From NCBI GenBank assembly GCA_965222375.1, contig CBDCTZ010000016.1:2208001-2272000 (forward strand): a DNA stretch of 64,000 nucleotides, read 5' to 3'. The notes beneath the pieces were generated by a model. That model saw nothing but the letters and a program-made list of their open reading frames with translations, searched no databases and was not told the origin of the DNA. The position numbers and the translations under genes were made by a program. Within the stretch, counting starts at the first letter, position 1; each line of letters opens with the position of its first letter. The stretch comes from Polyangiaceae bacterium. Lineage in GTDB: Bacteria; Myxococcota_A; Polyangia; Polyangiales; Polyangiaceae. Positions 50,017-60,836 of this stretch are shown here, piece by piece.

Positions 50017-51249
50017 TTACACGCGCTCGATGATGGTCGCGATGCCCATGCCGCCACCAATGCACAAAGTAACGAGCGCCGTGCTCTTGTCACTTCGCTC
50101 GAGCTCATCGAGAGCCGTGCCGAGGAGGCATGCGCCGGTGGCGCCAAGCGGGTGACCCAATGCGATGGCGCCGCCGTTGACGTTGACCTTTGCAGGATCG
50201 ATCTCCAAGCGACGGATCGTATTGATGGGTACTACGGCGAAGGCTTCGTTGATCTCCCACAAGTCGATGTCCTTGGCCGACATGCCCGCCTTCTTGAGCG
50301 CGAGCTCACTGGCCGGCGTGGGCGCCGTCAGCATGATCACGGGCTCGGCGCCGAAGGTGGCGGTCGCGCGGATCTTCGCTCGGGGTTTCAGGCCGCTCTT
50401 CCTTACGTAGCCATCCGAGGCCAGCAGGACCACGGCAGCACCGTCCACAATGCCGCTGGAGTTACCAGCGTGGTGGATGTGGTTGATCTCCTTGACCTCC
50501 GGATAGCGCTTGAGGGCGATTTGGTCGAGGGTTTCGCCGTTTGGCCCCATGGGCGCGGCTCCCATCATCACGAAGGAAGCGTCCAGGCCAGCAAGGCTCT
50601 CTTTGGTCGTTGCGGGGCGGGGGTGTTCATCCCGGTCGAGGGCCACGGAGCCGTCGTCCCCGAGGACTGGGAACATGCTCTTGGCGAATCGCTTCTCTTC
50701 GATCGCGCGGGCGGCTTTCTGCTGACTGCCCAGCGCGAAGGCGTCCACCTCTTCGCGGCTGACGCCATCCATGGTGGCGATGAGGTCGGCACTGATCCCC
50801 TGGGGGACCTGGAAGATTCGCTCCCGCAGCTTCATATTGAGGCCGTCGATCATGGCGTCGTCGGAGCCCATGGGGACTCGCGACATGCTCTCCACACCGC
50901 CGCCGACCACGAGGTCTTGCATGCCGCTCATCACGCCCATCGCAGCGAAGTTCACCGCCTGCAGACCGGAACCACAGAAGCGATTCAAGCTCACGCCGGT
51001 GACCGTTTCCGGCCAGTCCGCTGCGAGCACAGAGTTACGTGCGATGCAGGCGCCTTGCTCTTTGGCTTGCGAAACGCAGCCGACCACGACGTCATCCACG
51101 TCGGCCTTCTCGAGCTTCTGTCGCTTCGCGAGTTGGTTCAAAGTCTGAGCTAGTAGCTCCTGGGGATGAATACCGGAAAGTGCACCTTTGCCGGGCTTGC
51201 CACGGCCTCGCGGTGTGCGAACCGCGTCGAGAATGAATGCCTCACCCAT
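50017..51249 (-). CDS. Acetyl-CoA C-acetyltransferase (thiolase)
   Basis: [34 protein letters not shown]. Confidence 0.96.
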   Translation of the reverse strand: MGEAFILDAVRTPRGRGKPGKGALSGIHPQELLAQTLNQLAKRQKLEKADVDDVVVGCVSQAKEQGACIARNSVLAADWPETVTGVSLNRFCGSGLQAVNFAAMGVMSGMQDLVVGGGVESMSRVPMGSDDAMIDGLNMKLRERIFQVPQGISADLIATMDGVSREEVDAFALGSQQKAARAIEEKRFAKSMFPVLGDDGSVALDRDEHPRPATTKESLAGLDASFVMMGAAPMGPNGETLDQIALKRYPEVKEINHIHHAGNSSGIVDGAAVVLLASDGYVRKSGLKPRAKIRATATFGAEPVIMLTAPTPASELALKKAGMSAKDIDLWEINEAFAVVPINTIRRLEIDPAKVNVNGGAIALGHPLGATGACLLGTALDELERSDKSTALVTLCIGGGMGIATIIERV

Positions 51250-51375
51250 TGTTCGTCTCCTCTTGGGGGTTTGGGGGTGCAGGAGGCTACCCCCATTTGG
51301 GCTGGCGTCGAGGGCGGCGGCGCTGGCAGCGTCGAAATTGGCGAGGCCGGGTGACCTAACGTACACTTTTGTCTA

Positions 51376-52197
51376 GTGCGCAGATTCATCGCCGTCGCGA
51401 GCATGTGCCTTGCTTTCAGCGGATTTGCCGCCGCAGAAGCCGACGAGGCCAGCGCGGGCGGCGTGAACGCGCCAGCGGCCACCTCGATGGCGCCAAAGGG
51501 CACTGCGAAAGCGCCGTCGAGAGCTGCAAAAGCGCCGCGGTCCCGTTCGACTTCGAGGTCGGCCAAGGCGGCGCAGCGGCCCAAGCGTCGCTACCTCGTC
51601 GCCGCCATCGGCGATTCCCTCACCGACACCCGGGTCGGTGGTGGCAAGTACCTGGCGGAGCTGCAGAAGCGTTGCCCGGAGAGCCGCTTCGACGCCTACG
51701 GAGTGGGCGGGCAGCAAACCCTGCACATGCGTTGGCGGTTCGATTCCGTGCTCAATCAGCGGCACCGAATGCCGTCCCAGCGCGTGGCGTATACTCACGT
51801 GATCGTCTTGGGTGGTGTGAACGATCTGTCGGCGGGTTCGTTTCGCCGGCCGAGGATCGCGCGTACCCAGGCGAACTTGACGGCAATGTATGCACAAGCT
51901 CGAAAGCGTGGGCTAGAGGTCGTGGCCGTGACGCTGCCTCCTTGGGGGCGCCTCATGGGCAACTATGACAAGCGAGGCGCGGCGACCCGCGCATTGAATG
52001 CGTGGATTCTTTCTCGAGTGGTCGCAGGCCAAGTGGACCAGGCGGTCGACCTCCACCCCCTGCTCAGTTGCGGAGATCCGGACGAGCTGTGTCCAAGTCA
52101 TCGTCGGTTCCCCAATGATCGAGTGCATTGGAATCGCGCTGGTCACAAGGTTGTCGCTGACGCCCTCCACCGCCGCGTGTTCGCCAACTGCAAGTAG
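51376..52197 (+). CDS. Secreted SGNH/GDSL hydrolase
   Basis: GDSLT, GGVND, DRVHWN. Confidence 0.88.
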   Translation: MRRFIAVASMCLAFSGFAAAEADEASAGGVNAPAATSMAPKGTAKAPSRAAKAPRSRSTSRSAKAAQRPKRRYLVAAIGDSLTDTRVGGGKYLAELQKRCPESRFDAYGVGGQQTLHMRWRFDSVLNQRHRMPSQRVAYTHVIVLGGVNDLSAGSFRRPRIARTQANLTAMYAQARKRGLEVVAVTLPPWGRLMGNYDKRGAATRALNAWILSRVVAGQVDQAVDLHPLLSCGDPDELCPSHRRFPNDRVHWNRAGHKVVADALHRRVFANCK

Positions 52198-52205
52198 CGT
52201 TCGCG

Positions 52206-52685
52206 TCAGCTTTCGGCGAGGGCAGTCAGGGCCGCGCCGGTGAGCCGAAACAGATTCCACTCTTCCATCGGCGTCGCTCCCAAGGATCGGTAGAAATCGA
52301 TCCCCAGCTGATTCCAGTCTAAAACGGCCCACTCCATACGGGCGTAGCCTCGCCGCTGGCAGGTCCGCGCCAACTCTCGGAGTAGCGCTCTGCCTACTCC
52401 ATGGCGCCGAAAGTCCTCCGACACGAAGAGGTCTTCCAGGTAGAGTCCTGGCACGCCTCGCCAAGTGGAATAGTTCTGAAAAAAGAGCGCGAATCCCGCG
52501 GGTTTTCCTGCGTAGTCGGCGATGATGCACTCGAAAGGAGAGCGCGGGCTGGCGAGCTGCTCGCGGATCTTTGCGGGCGTGGTTTTCACCGCGTCGGGCT
52601 CCTTTTCGTACACCGCAAGATCGCAGATGAACCGAAATATCACTTCGGCATCCGCCACCGTGGCAGGGCGAAGTCGAGTGCTCAC
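52206..52685 (-). CDS. GNAT N-acetyltransferase (diamine acetyltransferase-like)
   Basis: NYSTW, LYLEDLFV, RRHGVG, VLDWN, FYRSLGA. Confidence 0.92.
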   Translation of the reverse strand: MSTRLRPATVADAEVIFRFICDLAVYEKEPDAVKTTPAKIREQLASPRSPFECIIADYAGKPAGFALFFQNYSTWRGVPGLYLEDLFVSEDFRRHGVGRALLRELARTCQRRGYARMEWAVLDWNQLGIDFYRSLGATPMEEWNLFRLTGAALTALAES

Positions 52686-54550
52686 CGAATTGTGACGGTC
52701 TTGCTCACGGTTATCGCTGAACCGGAGAAGGGGGGAATGCGGGCACTTCGCATGCGGGATGCAATGCACCCGCCTGTGGCAGTGCCCGCGAAGGGGGGGC
52801 CGTTCACGGTAGCGCTCGTGACCCGACCACTCTTGGCGAAGGTCACGATGACCGTTGCTGTGCCGGTCGGATCGCCAGGCTTGCGGCAGCCCGAAGCACT
52901 GCCCGCCGCAGCATTGAGTGCCGAAACCGCTGCGTTCTTGTCGAAGGGCGCAGCGATGGGAACCTCTTTCGGTTCTTCTTTGGGCTCTTCCTTCGGTTCT
53001 TCCTTCGGTTCTTTCTTCGGCTCTTTGGGGTCCGCAGCCGTGGTCGGCTTGGTCACGCCGGTCGCCGGTGTCTCACCCGTGGGCGTCGTGGGCTTGCCCG
53101 CCGCAGTGGAGGCCGGAGTCTCCGTGCCGGTGGTCGCCGGGTCATCGATGTCGACCGGGTCTTCCGTTGGGGTTGGCGACTCCGCGGTTGGAGTTTCCGC
53201 CGGCTCCGGGGTGTCCGTCGCCGCCGAAGTCGGCTCAGAGGTGCTGGTAGACGCCGTTTCCGGAGGCGTGGGCGTCCTGCCGAACCACCAGGCGATGGCC
53301 GCGATGGCGGCCGCGCCAACCAAGAGCCACCACAGCGGCGAAGCTTTCGACTCTTCTTCGTCCTGAGTCGTTCGGGCGGGGGTGGAGCGCGCCGTGCCTT
53401 CCGCCTCGCGTTTCTTGGGGGCGTCGCTCTTGCGGTCGTCTTCCGCCGCGTCTTCCTCGGTTTCCGCGTCCTCCGGGACCGGTGCCGTTGTCAAGTCGAT
53501 GGACGGTGCTGCCATCGGTGACCCAACGATAGACCCGCTCCCCATCATCAGCAGGGACTCGTCCACGCGCTCGGAGTCGTCTTCCTGTTTCTTGCGCGGT
53601 TTGGGACCGAGGCTGGTGGTCAGGGATCGCAAATCCGGCGTACCGCTATCCGGCGCACTGTCCATATCGTCGCCGGGATCTGGGTTGAGTTGCTTCGGCT
53701 TACCGGGGCGGGGCTCGGGAGCGGGCGGCGATTTGGCCTGAGGCGGCTCGGACGGAATGAGCTCCAGATCGGCATCCCGAATCGAAACCGGCGCCGAACT
53801 CACGGGTGCTTCTTCTTCTTCGGACTCCTTGCCTGCATCGAAGGTCCCCGACCCGACACTCCGGAACGGTCCGACCTCTTCGGTGCCGTCCAAGGACGCA
53901 ATCGCTGACTTCTCTGGTTTCGGCGTCGCTTCGGCGCGCTCCGGCCTCGGCATCGTCTTCGGGTTGCTTGGTTCCGACGGCGGCGGCGCGAGGGTGGGGC
54001 GCTTGTTTTTCGCCTTCTTCAGGGCAGCCTGCAGCGCAGCGTCTGCGCCTCGCACTTCCATTCCCGTGCCCAAGAAGCCGCCCGTGTCTTCATCTTTCTG
54101 AGGTATCAGTTTCGCAAGATCGGGGATCTCTGCAATGGGCAGCCAATCCGGCATGCCCTCCCGCCACACGATCGTGTCGCCGTGGATCTCGCCTCGGTCG
54201 AGAGAGCGCCGGATCTGGCTGGCGGTCAGCTCACGATCATCGTCGGCCGAAAAACTCACCAACCACAGCCCTTTGACCGGCGGGATCGTGTTCCTGCCAC
54301 TCTGGGTCACCAGAGGGATGGTGGGCGTGCCGTCCCCTGGACCACTGTCGATGGCGCTCTCTTCCAGAGTGAACGGCTTTGGGTGCTCGCTCAGTGGCCC
54401 CGACGCCAGTTCAACGCCGTCCACGGTGATCTCATTCTGGCACTGCTTGCATCGTACAGTGACGACGCGGCCTTTCACCTTGCGTTCGAAAAGCTCATCG
54501 CTCAGCGCGAACTTTGCGCTGCACTCCGCGCACCGGACCCCATACGCCAT
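52682..54550 (-). CDS. Zinc-ribbon plus GYF_2 domain membrane protein with TonB-C-like C-terminus
   Basis: CAEC...CKQC, VWREGMPDWLP, long Pro/acidic linker, TM helix, VTFAKSGRV...GGCIA. Confidence 0.82.
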   Translation of the reverse strand: MAYGVRCAECSAKFALSDELFERKVKGRVVTVRCKQCQNEITVDGVELASGPLSEHPKPFTLEESAIDSGPGDGTPTIPLVTQSGRNTIPPVKGLWLVSFSADDDRELTASQIRRSLDRGEIHGDTIVWREGMPDWLPIAEIPDLAKLIPQKDEDTGGFLGTGMEVRGADAALQAALKKAKNKRPTLAPPPSEPSNPKTMPRPERAEATPKPEKSAIASLDGTEEVGPFRSVGSGTFDAGKESEEEEAPVSSAPVSIRDADLELIPSEPPQAKSPPAPEPRPGKPKQLNPDPGDDMDSAPDSGTPDLRSLTTSLGPKPRKKQEDDSERVDESLLMMGSGSIVGSPMAAPSIDLTTAPVPEDAETEEDAAEDDRKSDAPKKREAEGTARSTPARTTQDEEESKASPLWWLLVGAAAIAAIAWWFGRTPTPPETASTSTSEPTSAATDTPEPAETPTAESPTPTEDPVDIDDPATTGTETPASTAAGKPTTPTGETPATGVTKPTTAADPKEPKKEPKEEPKEEPKEEPKEVPIAAPFDKNAAVSALNAAAGSASGCRKPGDPTGTATVIVTFAKSGRVTSATVNGPPFAGTATGGCIASRMRSARIPPFSGSAITVSKTVTIR

Positions 54551-54653
54551 GATCGCCCGTCTATACGCGGATGGTCGCGCAAGCGCCACCCGTCTGGTTC
54601 CGCTCCGGAAGGCGTGTCGAGGTTTGTGTCATAAGTGCCTGAAATTAATTGGA

Positions 54654-55442
54654 TTATTGTCGAGGTGGACGCGCGACGATCGCGGACAAATGACGCCCGC
54701 TTTTTGCGCCGTCTCGCCGAAAAGAAAAGAAACGCGCGGGCTCCATGACCGTGCAGCCGCGCACCCAGTCGATGTGCTGCTTGGGAAGCCCCGCATCCAC
54801 GAGCTGCATTTCGAGGATCCGTGCGAGCGAGACGTGGGGTTTGGGAGTGCGCTTCCAATCCACTCCGCCCGCGCCAGGGCGACAGGCCTCGAGCTGTTCC
54901 GCCACGTCGGCGCCTACCTCGAAGGCCTCTTCACTGATGTGAGGCCCGATGGCGGCCAGGATCCGGGCCATAGACCCGGCGCGCTTCCGTAGTGCCTCCA
55001 CTGCCACGACGGCCATTCCTTGCGCAACGCCCCGCCAACCTGCGTGGGCGGCGCACACCGCGCCGCTCTCAGGAGCTGCGAGTAGGAGCGGGACGCAGTC
55101 TGCGCTGCGTACACCACAGCCGACCTGGGGGGATGCGCTGAGTACCGCGTCCCCCTGTCGCTCCAAGCTCGCTGCGCGAGTCGCACTTTCATCGACCTCG
55201 TGCACGACGGTGCCGTGGACCTGGGACAGAAAGAGCAGCCTTTCCGGCTCGACTTGCAGGCTCTGAGCGGCCCGCCGCAGGTTTTCTTCGACCTTTTCCG
55301 GCTCATCCCCAGCGGCCACACTGAAGGACAGTGAGGCATACGGCCCCTCGGAGACCCCACCCAGGCGAGTGAAGAAAGCGTGGCGAAACCCCGCTTCCAA
55401 CAACAGTGGGCTCTGCAAGTAGTCGATGCCGGAGGTGAGCAT
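54654..55442 (-). CDS. pgeF: PgeF/YfiH-family protein
   Basis: FTRLGGVS, QVHG, ADCVP, HAGWRG, IGPHI, FFSFRR. Confidence 0.93.
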   Translation of the reverse strand: MLTSGIDYLQSPLLLEAGFRHAFFTRLGGVSEGPYASLSFSVAAGDEPEKVEENLRRAAQSLQVEPERLLFLSQVHGTVVHEVDESATRAASLERQGDAVLSASPQVGCGVRSADCVPLLLAAPESGAVCAAHAGWRGVAQGMAVVAVEALRKRAGSMARILAAIGPHISEEAFEVGADVAEQLEACRPGAGGVDWKRTPKPHVSLARILEMQLVDAGLPKQHIDWVRGCTVMEPARFFSFRRDGAKSGRHLSAIVARPPRQ

Positions 55443-55532
55443 GTAGTCAGAGTACAGGGCTTTTGGCCCCTTCTGACCGACCCCAGGTCCGGCCTCGTAG
55501 CGGGGCGCAAGTTTTGCTATGAGCCAAGCTTG

Positions 55533-56627
55533 ATGCGACCAGCCGATCCCTTCATCGGCCGGGAGATCTTAGGAGGGCAGTTCCAGATCCTCCAAAAGAT
55601 CGGAACCGGCGGCATGGGTTCAGTCTACAAGGCTTCCCAGCCCGAGATGAATCGGATGGTGGCGATCAAGATCCTCCATCCCAAGCTGGCCGGGCGCAAG
55701 GATCTGGTTTCGCGTTTCCGCCGTGAAGCGCGGGCCATGAGCCAGCTGACCCATCCAAACACCGTGAAGGTGTTCATGTATGGCGAGCTCGAAGACGATG
55801 GCTCGCTGTACATCGTGATGGAATTCCTGGAAGGGCGGAACCTGAATCAGACCGTCCGCAAAGGAGGCCCTCTGCCTCCGGACCGCGCCATTCCGGTGCT
55901 TGTTCAAGTTTGCGGCGCCCTACATGAAGCCCACCAAATGGGGATCGTGCACCGGGACCTCAAGCCCGAGAACATCTTCCTCTCCGAACAGCGCGGATTG
56001 AAGGACTACCCGAAAGTGCTCGACTTCGGTCTGGCCAAGGTCACTGAGCGTCAAATGCGGCCGGGTTCGGTGATTCTGACCCAAGAAGGCATGGTCTTCG
56101 GCACGCCGGAGTTCATGTCGCCGGAGCAGGCACAGGGCAAGAACCTCGACGCGCGAAGCGACCTCTATTCCCTCGCGGTCATTCTCTACGAAGTGCTCAC
56201 GGGAAAACTGCCGTTCAACGCCAAGACGCCCATGGAGTACATTCAGAAGCACGTTATGGAACCGCCGATTCTCCTGAATCAACGCGTACCTGGTAAGGCG
56301 TTTCCCCCTGGCCTCGAGGCGGTGCTGAACAAAGCGATCGCCAAGAAACCCGACGACCGCTACCAGACCGCCGAGGAGTTTGCCAACGCGCTGAAGCCTT
56401 TCGCCAGTGCGACCGTCGACGCCTCACCGCAGCCGCCGGCTACGTCGGCACCGGTTCACTCGGCGCCCCAGCCCTCCGCGCCCGACACTGCCCTCGGTGC
56501 GGTCGCTCCGCCGCAACCCGCTGCGTCCCGCGGGCCTGGAATTGGTCTACTGGTCGGGGTCGCAGCGGCCTGTCTCGCCTTGGGGATCATTCTCGCCATC
56601 GTGGTGATGAAGCTCGTGATCCAGTGA
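55533..56627 (+). CDS. Hanks-type Ser/Thr protein kinase with C-terminal TM helix
   Basis: GTGGMG, VAIK, HRDLKPEN, DFG, GTPEFMSPE. Confidence 0.96.
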   Translation: MRPADPFIGREILGGQFQILQKIGTGGMGSVYKASQPEMNRMVAIKILHPKLAGRKDLVSRFRREARAMSQLTHPNTVKVFMYGELEDDGSLYIVMEFLEGRNLNQTVRKGGPLPPDRAIPVLVQVCGALHEAHQMGIVHRDLKPENIFLSEQRGLKDYPKVLDFGLAKVTERQMRPGSVILTQEGMVFGTPEFMSPEQAQGKNLDARSDLYSLAVILYEVLTGKLPFNAKTPMEYIQKHVMEPPILLNQRVPGKAFPPGLEAVLNKAIAKKPDDRYQTAEEFANALKPFASATVDASPQPPATSAPVHSAPQPSAPDTALGAVAPPQPAASRGPGIGLLVGVAAACLALGIILAIVVMKLVIQ

Positions 56628-59179
56628 CTTCCGAGCCCCCGCCGGGCTCGCCCTCGCAGCCCCCTGAGCCAGAATCTGCGCCGGATGGGGCTGGGGCGGA
56701 GGCCTCTGAGCCCAATTCCACGCCCGGTGAGCCGGCGCCGTCCCAGAAAAAGCCCGCAAAAAACTGGCCGGATGAGGCTGGGGTCGGCGAGCGTTGGAAG
56801 GTCGTGGCATACACCTGGCTCAAGCGCGTGGGGGTTTCCCTTTTGGCCCTGGCGGCTCTGGCTGCGCTCACCGTGGTTGGTGTTGTTCGCTACTACGAGG
56901 CGGACCTGCCCAGTGTGGAAGAACTGAAGCGGGGATACGAGCCACCTCAAGTGACGCGCGTGCTGGCTAGCGATGGGACGTTGCTCGCCTCTCTATTCAC
57001 GGAGCGTCGCACCGTCGTCGCACTCGCGGATGTGTCGGATGCGGGCAAGCTGGCTTTTCTCGCCGCGGAGGATGCGAGCTTCTACGAGCACGAGGGTCTG
57101 GACTACCTGGGAATGCTCCGGGCGATGTGGGTTAACATACGCGCGGGCAAGACGGTGCAGGGTGGCAGCACGATCACCCAGCAGGTCGTCAAGAACCTAC
57201 TCTTGGATCCCAAGCGCACCTACCGACGCAAGATCCGGGAGACGATCTTGGCTCGCCGACTCGAGCAGTACTTGAGCAAAGACGAGATCTACAATCTCTA
57301 CTTGAACCACATCTATCTGGGGCACGGTCGCTATGGCGTCGAAGAAGCCGCGCGCTACTACTTCGGTAAGAAGGCGAAGCAGCTCGAGTTGGCGGAAGCC
57401 GCGCTGCTGGCCGGCATCGTTGCATCCCCGGAGCGGCTGTCTCCGCGAAATGCGCCGGAAAAATCCTTGAAGCGTCGGCGCTACGTTTTGGATCAGATGA
57501 AGGCCAAGGGCTTCGTCACCTCGGAGCTCCATGCCGCAAACGTCGACGCGCCGTTGCGCCTGGCGCCTGCCGTGGATGCCGAGAGCCAACTCTCACCCGA
57601 GATCGTCGCCCTGGTGAAACGCACCCTCGAGAAGGCGGCATCCGGTCGCGCAAAGAAGGGTGGATTCGTAGTTCATACCAGTATCGACCCCGCACTCCAG
57701 GCCGCGGCCCGCAAAGCGGTGCGGGACAACCTCGACAAGTACATGGTCCGCCAGAAACTCGCGCCGCCTTTCACCCTGAAAAAGCGGCGCCTCTGGGGCC
57801 CGGCGTTCCAAGGGCACCCCAAGCCCCATCACATCTACGTGGGCAAGGTGCGGTCACTCAACGACGCAGCTGGAACCATCGATGTCGAAGTGGGTGACGT
57901 CGTTGGCCAGGTGAACCTCGCAAAGGAAGAGCGCTTCAACCCCAAGCGGTTGAAGCCGAGCGAGGTGGTGAGCGTTGGCGCAGCCCTGCGGGTGGGGGTC
58001 CTGCAAGAGCCGAACGGTTCCGACATCGTACCCTTGCGGCTGGAGCTCGGTCCTCAGGCCGCGTTGGTGGCCATCGACCCACGCACTCGTCACGTCAAGG
58101 CGCTGGTCGGCAGCTACGAAGCTCTGGCAGGCGGGTTGGATCGCGCGACGCAGGCCATGCGTCAGCCGGGCTCGGCCTTCAAGCCCGTCGTTTACGGATA
58201 CGCGCTGAAGTCTCGTCGGCTCACGCCGGCTACGGTGCTGGAGCTCGCCGCGCGGAAAGACGGAAAGGTGGAGACCCGTCGCGTAGGGGTGCGGATGGCG
58301 CTGGCAAAGAGCGACAACGCAGCGGCGGAGCATATTCTCGGGAAGGTTGGCGCGCCCAATGTCGTGGAGCATGCCCGGGCTCTTGGGATCGAAAGCAAGC
58401 TGGGGGCAGATCTGAGCCTGGCGCTCGGCTCCTACGAGCTGCGGCCCATCGAGATCGCCAATGCCTACGCGACGCTGGCGAGCGGCGGCCAGTTCGCTCC
58501 TCCGATCTTGGTGACAAAAATCGTCGGGCCTGACAACAAGGAAGTTCCGCTGCCGCCTCGAGTACCCGCGCGGCGTGTGATGGACGAAGCCGAGGCCTAC
58601 CTTACCACGAGCCTGATGCGGAGTGTGGTCACGGACGGAACCGGGAAGCGGGCTCGCGCTCTCGGCAGGCCTGTGGCTGGCAAGACTGGAACCACCAATC
58701 GGGCGAAGGATGCTTGGTTCGTCGGATACTCCACAGACCTCGTAGCGGCAGTCTGGGTCGGTTACGATGATACGTTGCCCTTGGGCTGGGGTGAGTCCGG
58801 AGGGGTCACCGCATTGCCGGCCTGGGTGAAGTTCATGAAGGCGGCCCACAAGGGCAAACCCAGCACGGACTTCACGCGGCCGCACGGCGTGGTCATGCTC
58901 AAGATCGATCCCGAAAGCGGGCTGCTGGCACCACCCGGTCAGGAGGGCGCTGTGGAGGAGGAGTTCCTTGCCGGCACAGAACCCTCGGAAGTCGCGACCC
59001 TGGATGCCGGTGCGGATGCGGCGACGGACGCGGGCGCAGAGCAGCAAGAGGTGACGACGGCCGACGCCGCCTCCAGCGTGGCGGTGGCGCCCGAGTTGAA
59101 GCCCGATGCCAGCGCTGCGAGCACTGGACCTCCTGCGACCGCGCATACCACTCCCGCCGAGGATTTGCCGCCGTTCTAA
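56624..59179 (+). CDS. Class A penicillin-binding protein (PBP1A family)
   Basis: AEDASF, GGSTITQQ, RKIRE; SAFK, SDN, KTGT; GTGA overlap with the kinase. Confidence 0.95.
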   Translation: MTSEPPPGSPSQPPEPESAPDGAGAEASEPNSTPGEPAPSQKKPAKNWPDEAGVGERWKVVAYTWLKRVGVSLLALAALAALTVVGVVRYYEADLPSVEELKRGYEPPQVTRVLASDGTLLASLFTERRTVVALADVSDAGKLAFLAAEDASFYEHEGLDYLGMLRAMWVNIRAGKTVQGGSTITQQVVKNLLLDPKRTYRRKIRETILARRLEQYLSKDEIYNLYLNHIYLGHGRYGVEEAARYYFGKKAKQLELAEAALLAGIVASPERLSPRNAPEKSLKRRRYVLDQMKAKGFVTSELHAANVDAPLRLAPAVDAESQLSPEIVALVKRTLEKAASGRAKKGGFVVHTSIDPALQAAARKAVRDNLDKYMVRQKLAPPFTLKKRRLWGPAFQGHPKPHHIYVGKVRSLNDAAGTIDVEVGDVVGQVNLAKEERFNPKRLKPSEVVSVGAALRVGVLQEPNGSDIVPLRLELGPQAALVAIDPRTRHVKALVGSYEALAGGLDRATQAMRQPGSAFKPVVYGYALKSRRLTPATVLELAARKDGKVETRRVGVRMALAKSDNAAAEHILGKVGAPNVVEHARALGIESKLGADLSLALGSYELRPIEIANAYATLASGGQFAPPILVTKIVGPDNKEVPLPPRVPARRVMDEAEAYLTTSLMRSVVTDGTGKRARALGRPVAGKTGTTNRAKDAWFVGYSTDLVAAVWVGYDDTLPLGWGESGGVTALPAWVKFMKAAHKGKPSTDFTRPHGVVMLKIDPESGLLAPPGQEGAVEEEFLAGTEPSEVATLDAGADAATDAGAEQQEVTTADAASSVAVAPELKPDASAASTGPPATAHTTPAEDLPPF

Positions 59180-59210
59180 CGGAAGTCTGCGCTGCTATGC
59201 TGCCGGCGCC

Positions 59211-60188
59211 ATGGCGCAGAAGAAGAAGAAGGCGGTCGCGAAGAAGAAGACGGGCACCAAGCGGCGCCGTGGCGTCAAACTGAAGCCCACGAACCTGACC
59301 GCGAGCGAACTTGGAGTTTTGGACTCGCCGCCGGAACTTCAGGTTCTGGAACAGCAAGTCGAGCAGGACGGTGGAACTGTACTCGGGCGCTATCGCGAAC
59401 CCTTGGGTGGGCACGCTCAGCTCTTCGTGGCCCTACCCATCGAACGCGTCGAACCTACACCGTTTCAGCGCGACGTGTCTGACGCCCACGCGCGAAAACT
59501 CACCCGAGCCATGGACAAAACGAAGCGGTTTCTCGATCCGATCATCGTGGTCCATGACGACGGACGCTACTTCACGCCCAACGGTAACCATCGCTTGACA
59601 GTTCTGAAGGAACTGGGCGCCAGCGCCGTAGTCGCACTGCTGGTTCCGGACAAGGCGGTCGCATATCAGATCCTCGCTTTGAACATCGAGAAAGCCCACA
59701 ACCTCCGCGAGCGCGCCACGGAAGTGCGTCGAATGGTGGAGGACCTGGCGACCTGGTCGGACCAGAAGGAAAAAGACCTGGAGTTCGAACTCGAGGAGCC
59801 AGCGCTAGTCAGCCTCGGCTTCGCCTACGCCGAGCGTGGTCGCTTCTCGGGCGGAGCGTATCATCCGGCGATCAAGAAGGTGGACGCATGGATCCCGGGA
59901 CCTTTGAGCAAGGCCGTCGAAGAGCGAAGGCGCCGCGCTGCGCTGTTGTTGGACCTGGATGACGCCGTGGCGGAGGCAGTGAAGAAGCTCAAGGAGCAGG
60001 GTTTGACCAGCCCGTACCTCAAGGCTTTCGTGGTGGCGAGGGTGAACCCCCTGCGTTTCATCAAGGGGGAGCTACCCAGCTTCGACGAGCTGCTGGAAAC
60101 TATGACCCGGCGTGCGCGTAATATGAAGACCGACAAGATCAAGACCGAGGACCTGGCTCGAAGTGGAGGCGCTTCCAGTGAAGACTGA
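59211..60188 (+). CDS. ParB/Sulfiredoxin-like N-terminal domain protein (no parA nearby)
   Basis: PTPFQR, LDPIIV, NGNHRL, LNIEK; Lys-rich N-terminal tail. Confidence 0.8.
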   Translation: MAQKKKKAVAKKKTGTKRRRGVKLKPTNLTASELGVLDSPPELQVLEQQVEQDGGTVLGRYREPLGGHAQLFVALPIERVEPTPFQRDVSDAHARKLTRAMDKTKRFLDPIIVVHDDGRYFTPNGNHRLTVLKELGASAVVALLVPDKAVAYQILALNIEKAHNLRERATEVRRMVEDLATWSDQKEKDLEFELEEPALVSLGFAYAERGRFSGGAYHPAIKKVDAWIPGPLSKAVEERRRRAALLLDLDDAVAEAVKKLKEQGLTSPYLKAFVVARVNPLRFIKGELPSFDELLETMTRRARNMKTDKIKTEDLARSGGASSED

Positions 60189-60213
60189 AATCAGCCCGCG
60201 ACGCTATGCGCGC

Positions 60214-60816
60214 ATGTTGCTCCTTGGGACCACGGTGCCCTTGCTAGCTCTCGCGAGCGCGGGTTGCGGAAGCGATGATGATCCGAGCGGAGGCACCGGT
60301 GGCGCTGGCGGCGCCGGTGGTAGCGGGGGCGCCACGGGGATGTGCAATGCCGCTGTGGCGCCTTTCGGGACGGACCCTGCGGCCTCGCACTCCTTTCCAG
60401 ATATCGAGATCACGGACTGCAATGGCAAGCGACAGACCTTGGATGAACTCCGCTGTTCGGCCAAGGTGACGTTGGTGAGCATCGGCGCTGGTTGGTGCCA
60501 GCCCTGCAAGGACGAAACGCCTTTGTTGCAGGAGCTGAAGAACAAGATGGGGCCGCAAGGAGTCGAAGTCGTCCAGATCATGTTCGAGGACGCCCAAGGC
60601 AACCCCGCAACCACCCTGTTCTGTGAGACTTGGCGCGATACCTACACCCTGACGCTGCCCTTATACGTGGACCCGGCGGCAAACACTCTAGCGTACTTCA
60701 ACTCCGTCAAGGCGCCTCTCAACCTGCTCCTCGATCGAGATGGAAAAGTGTTGTGGAGCGAGATCGGCGTGATCCCGAAAGACCTGGAAGGCACCGTCAC
60801 TCAGTACTTGAAGTGA
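60214..60816 (+). CDS. TlpA/ResA-like thioredoxin lipoprotein
   Basis: Lipobox SAGC, Gly linker, AGWCQPCKDE, PLNLLLDRDG. Confidence 0.88.
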   Translation: MLLLGTTVPLLALASAGCGSDDDPSGGTGGAGGAGGSGGATGMCNAAVAPFGTDPAASHSFPDIEITDCNGKRQTLDELRCSAKVTLVSIGAGWCQPCKDETPLLQELKNKMGPQGVEVVQIMFEDAQGNPATTLFCETWRDTYTLTLPLYVDPAANTLAYFNSVKAPLNLLLDRDGKVLWSEIGVIPKDLEGTVTQYLK

Positions 60817-60836
60817 CACGTGGCACGGTCCCACTA

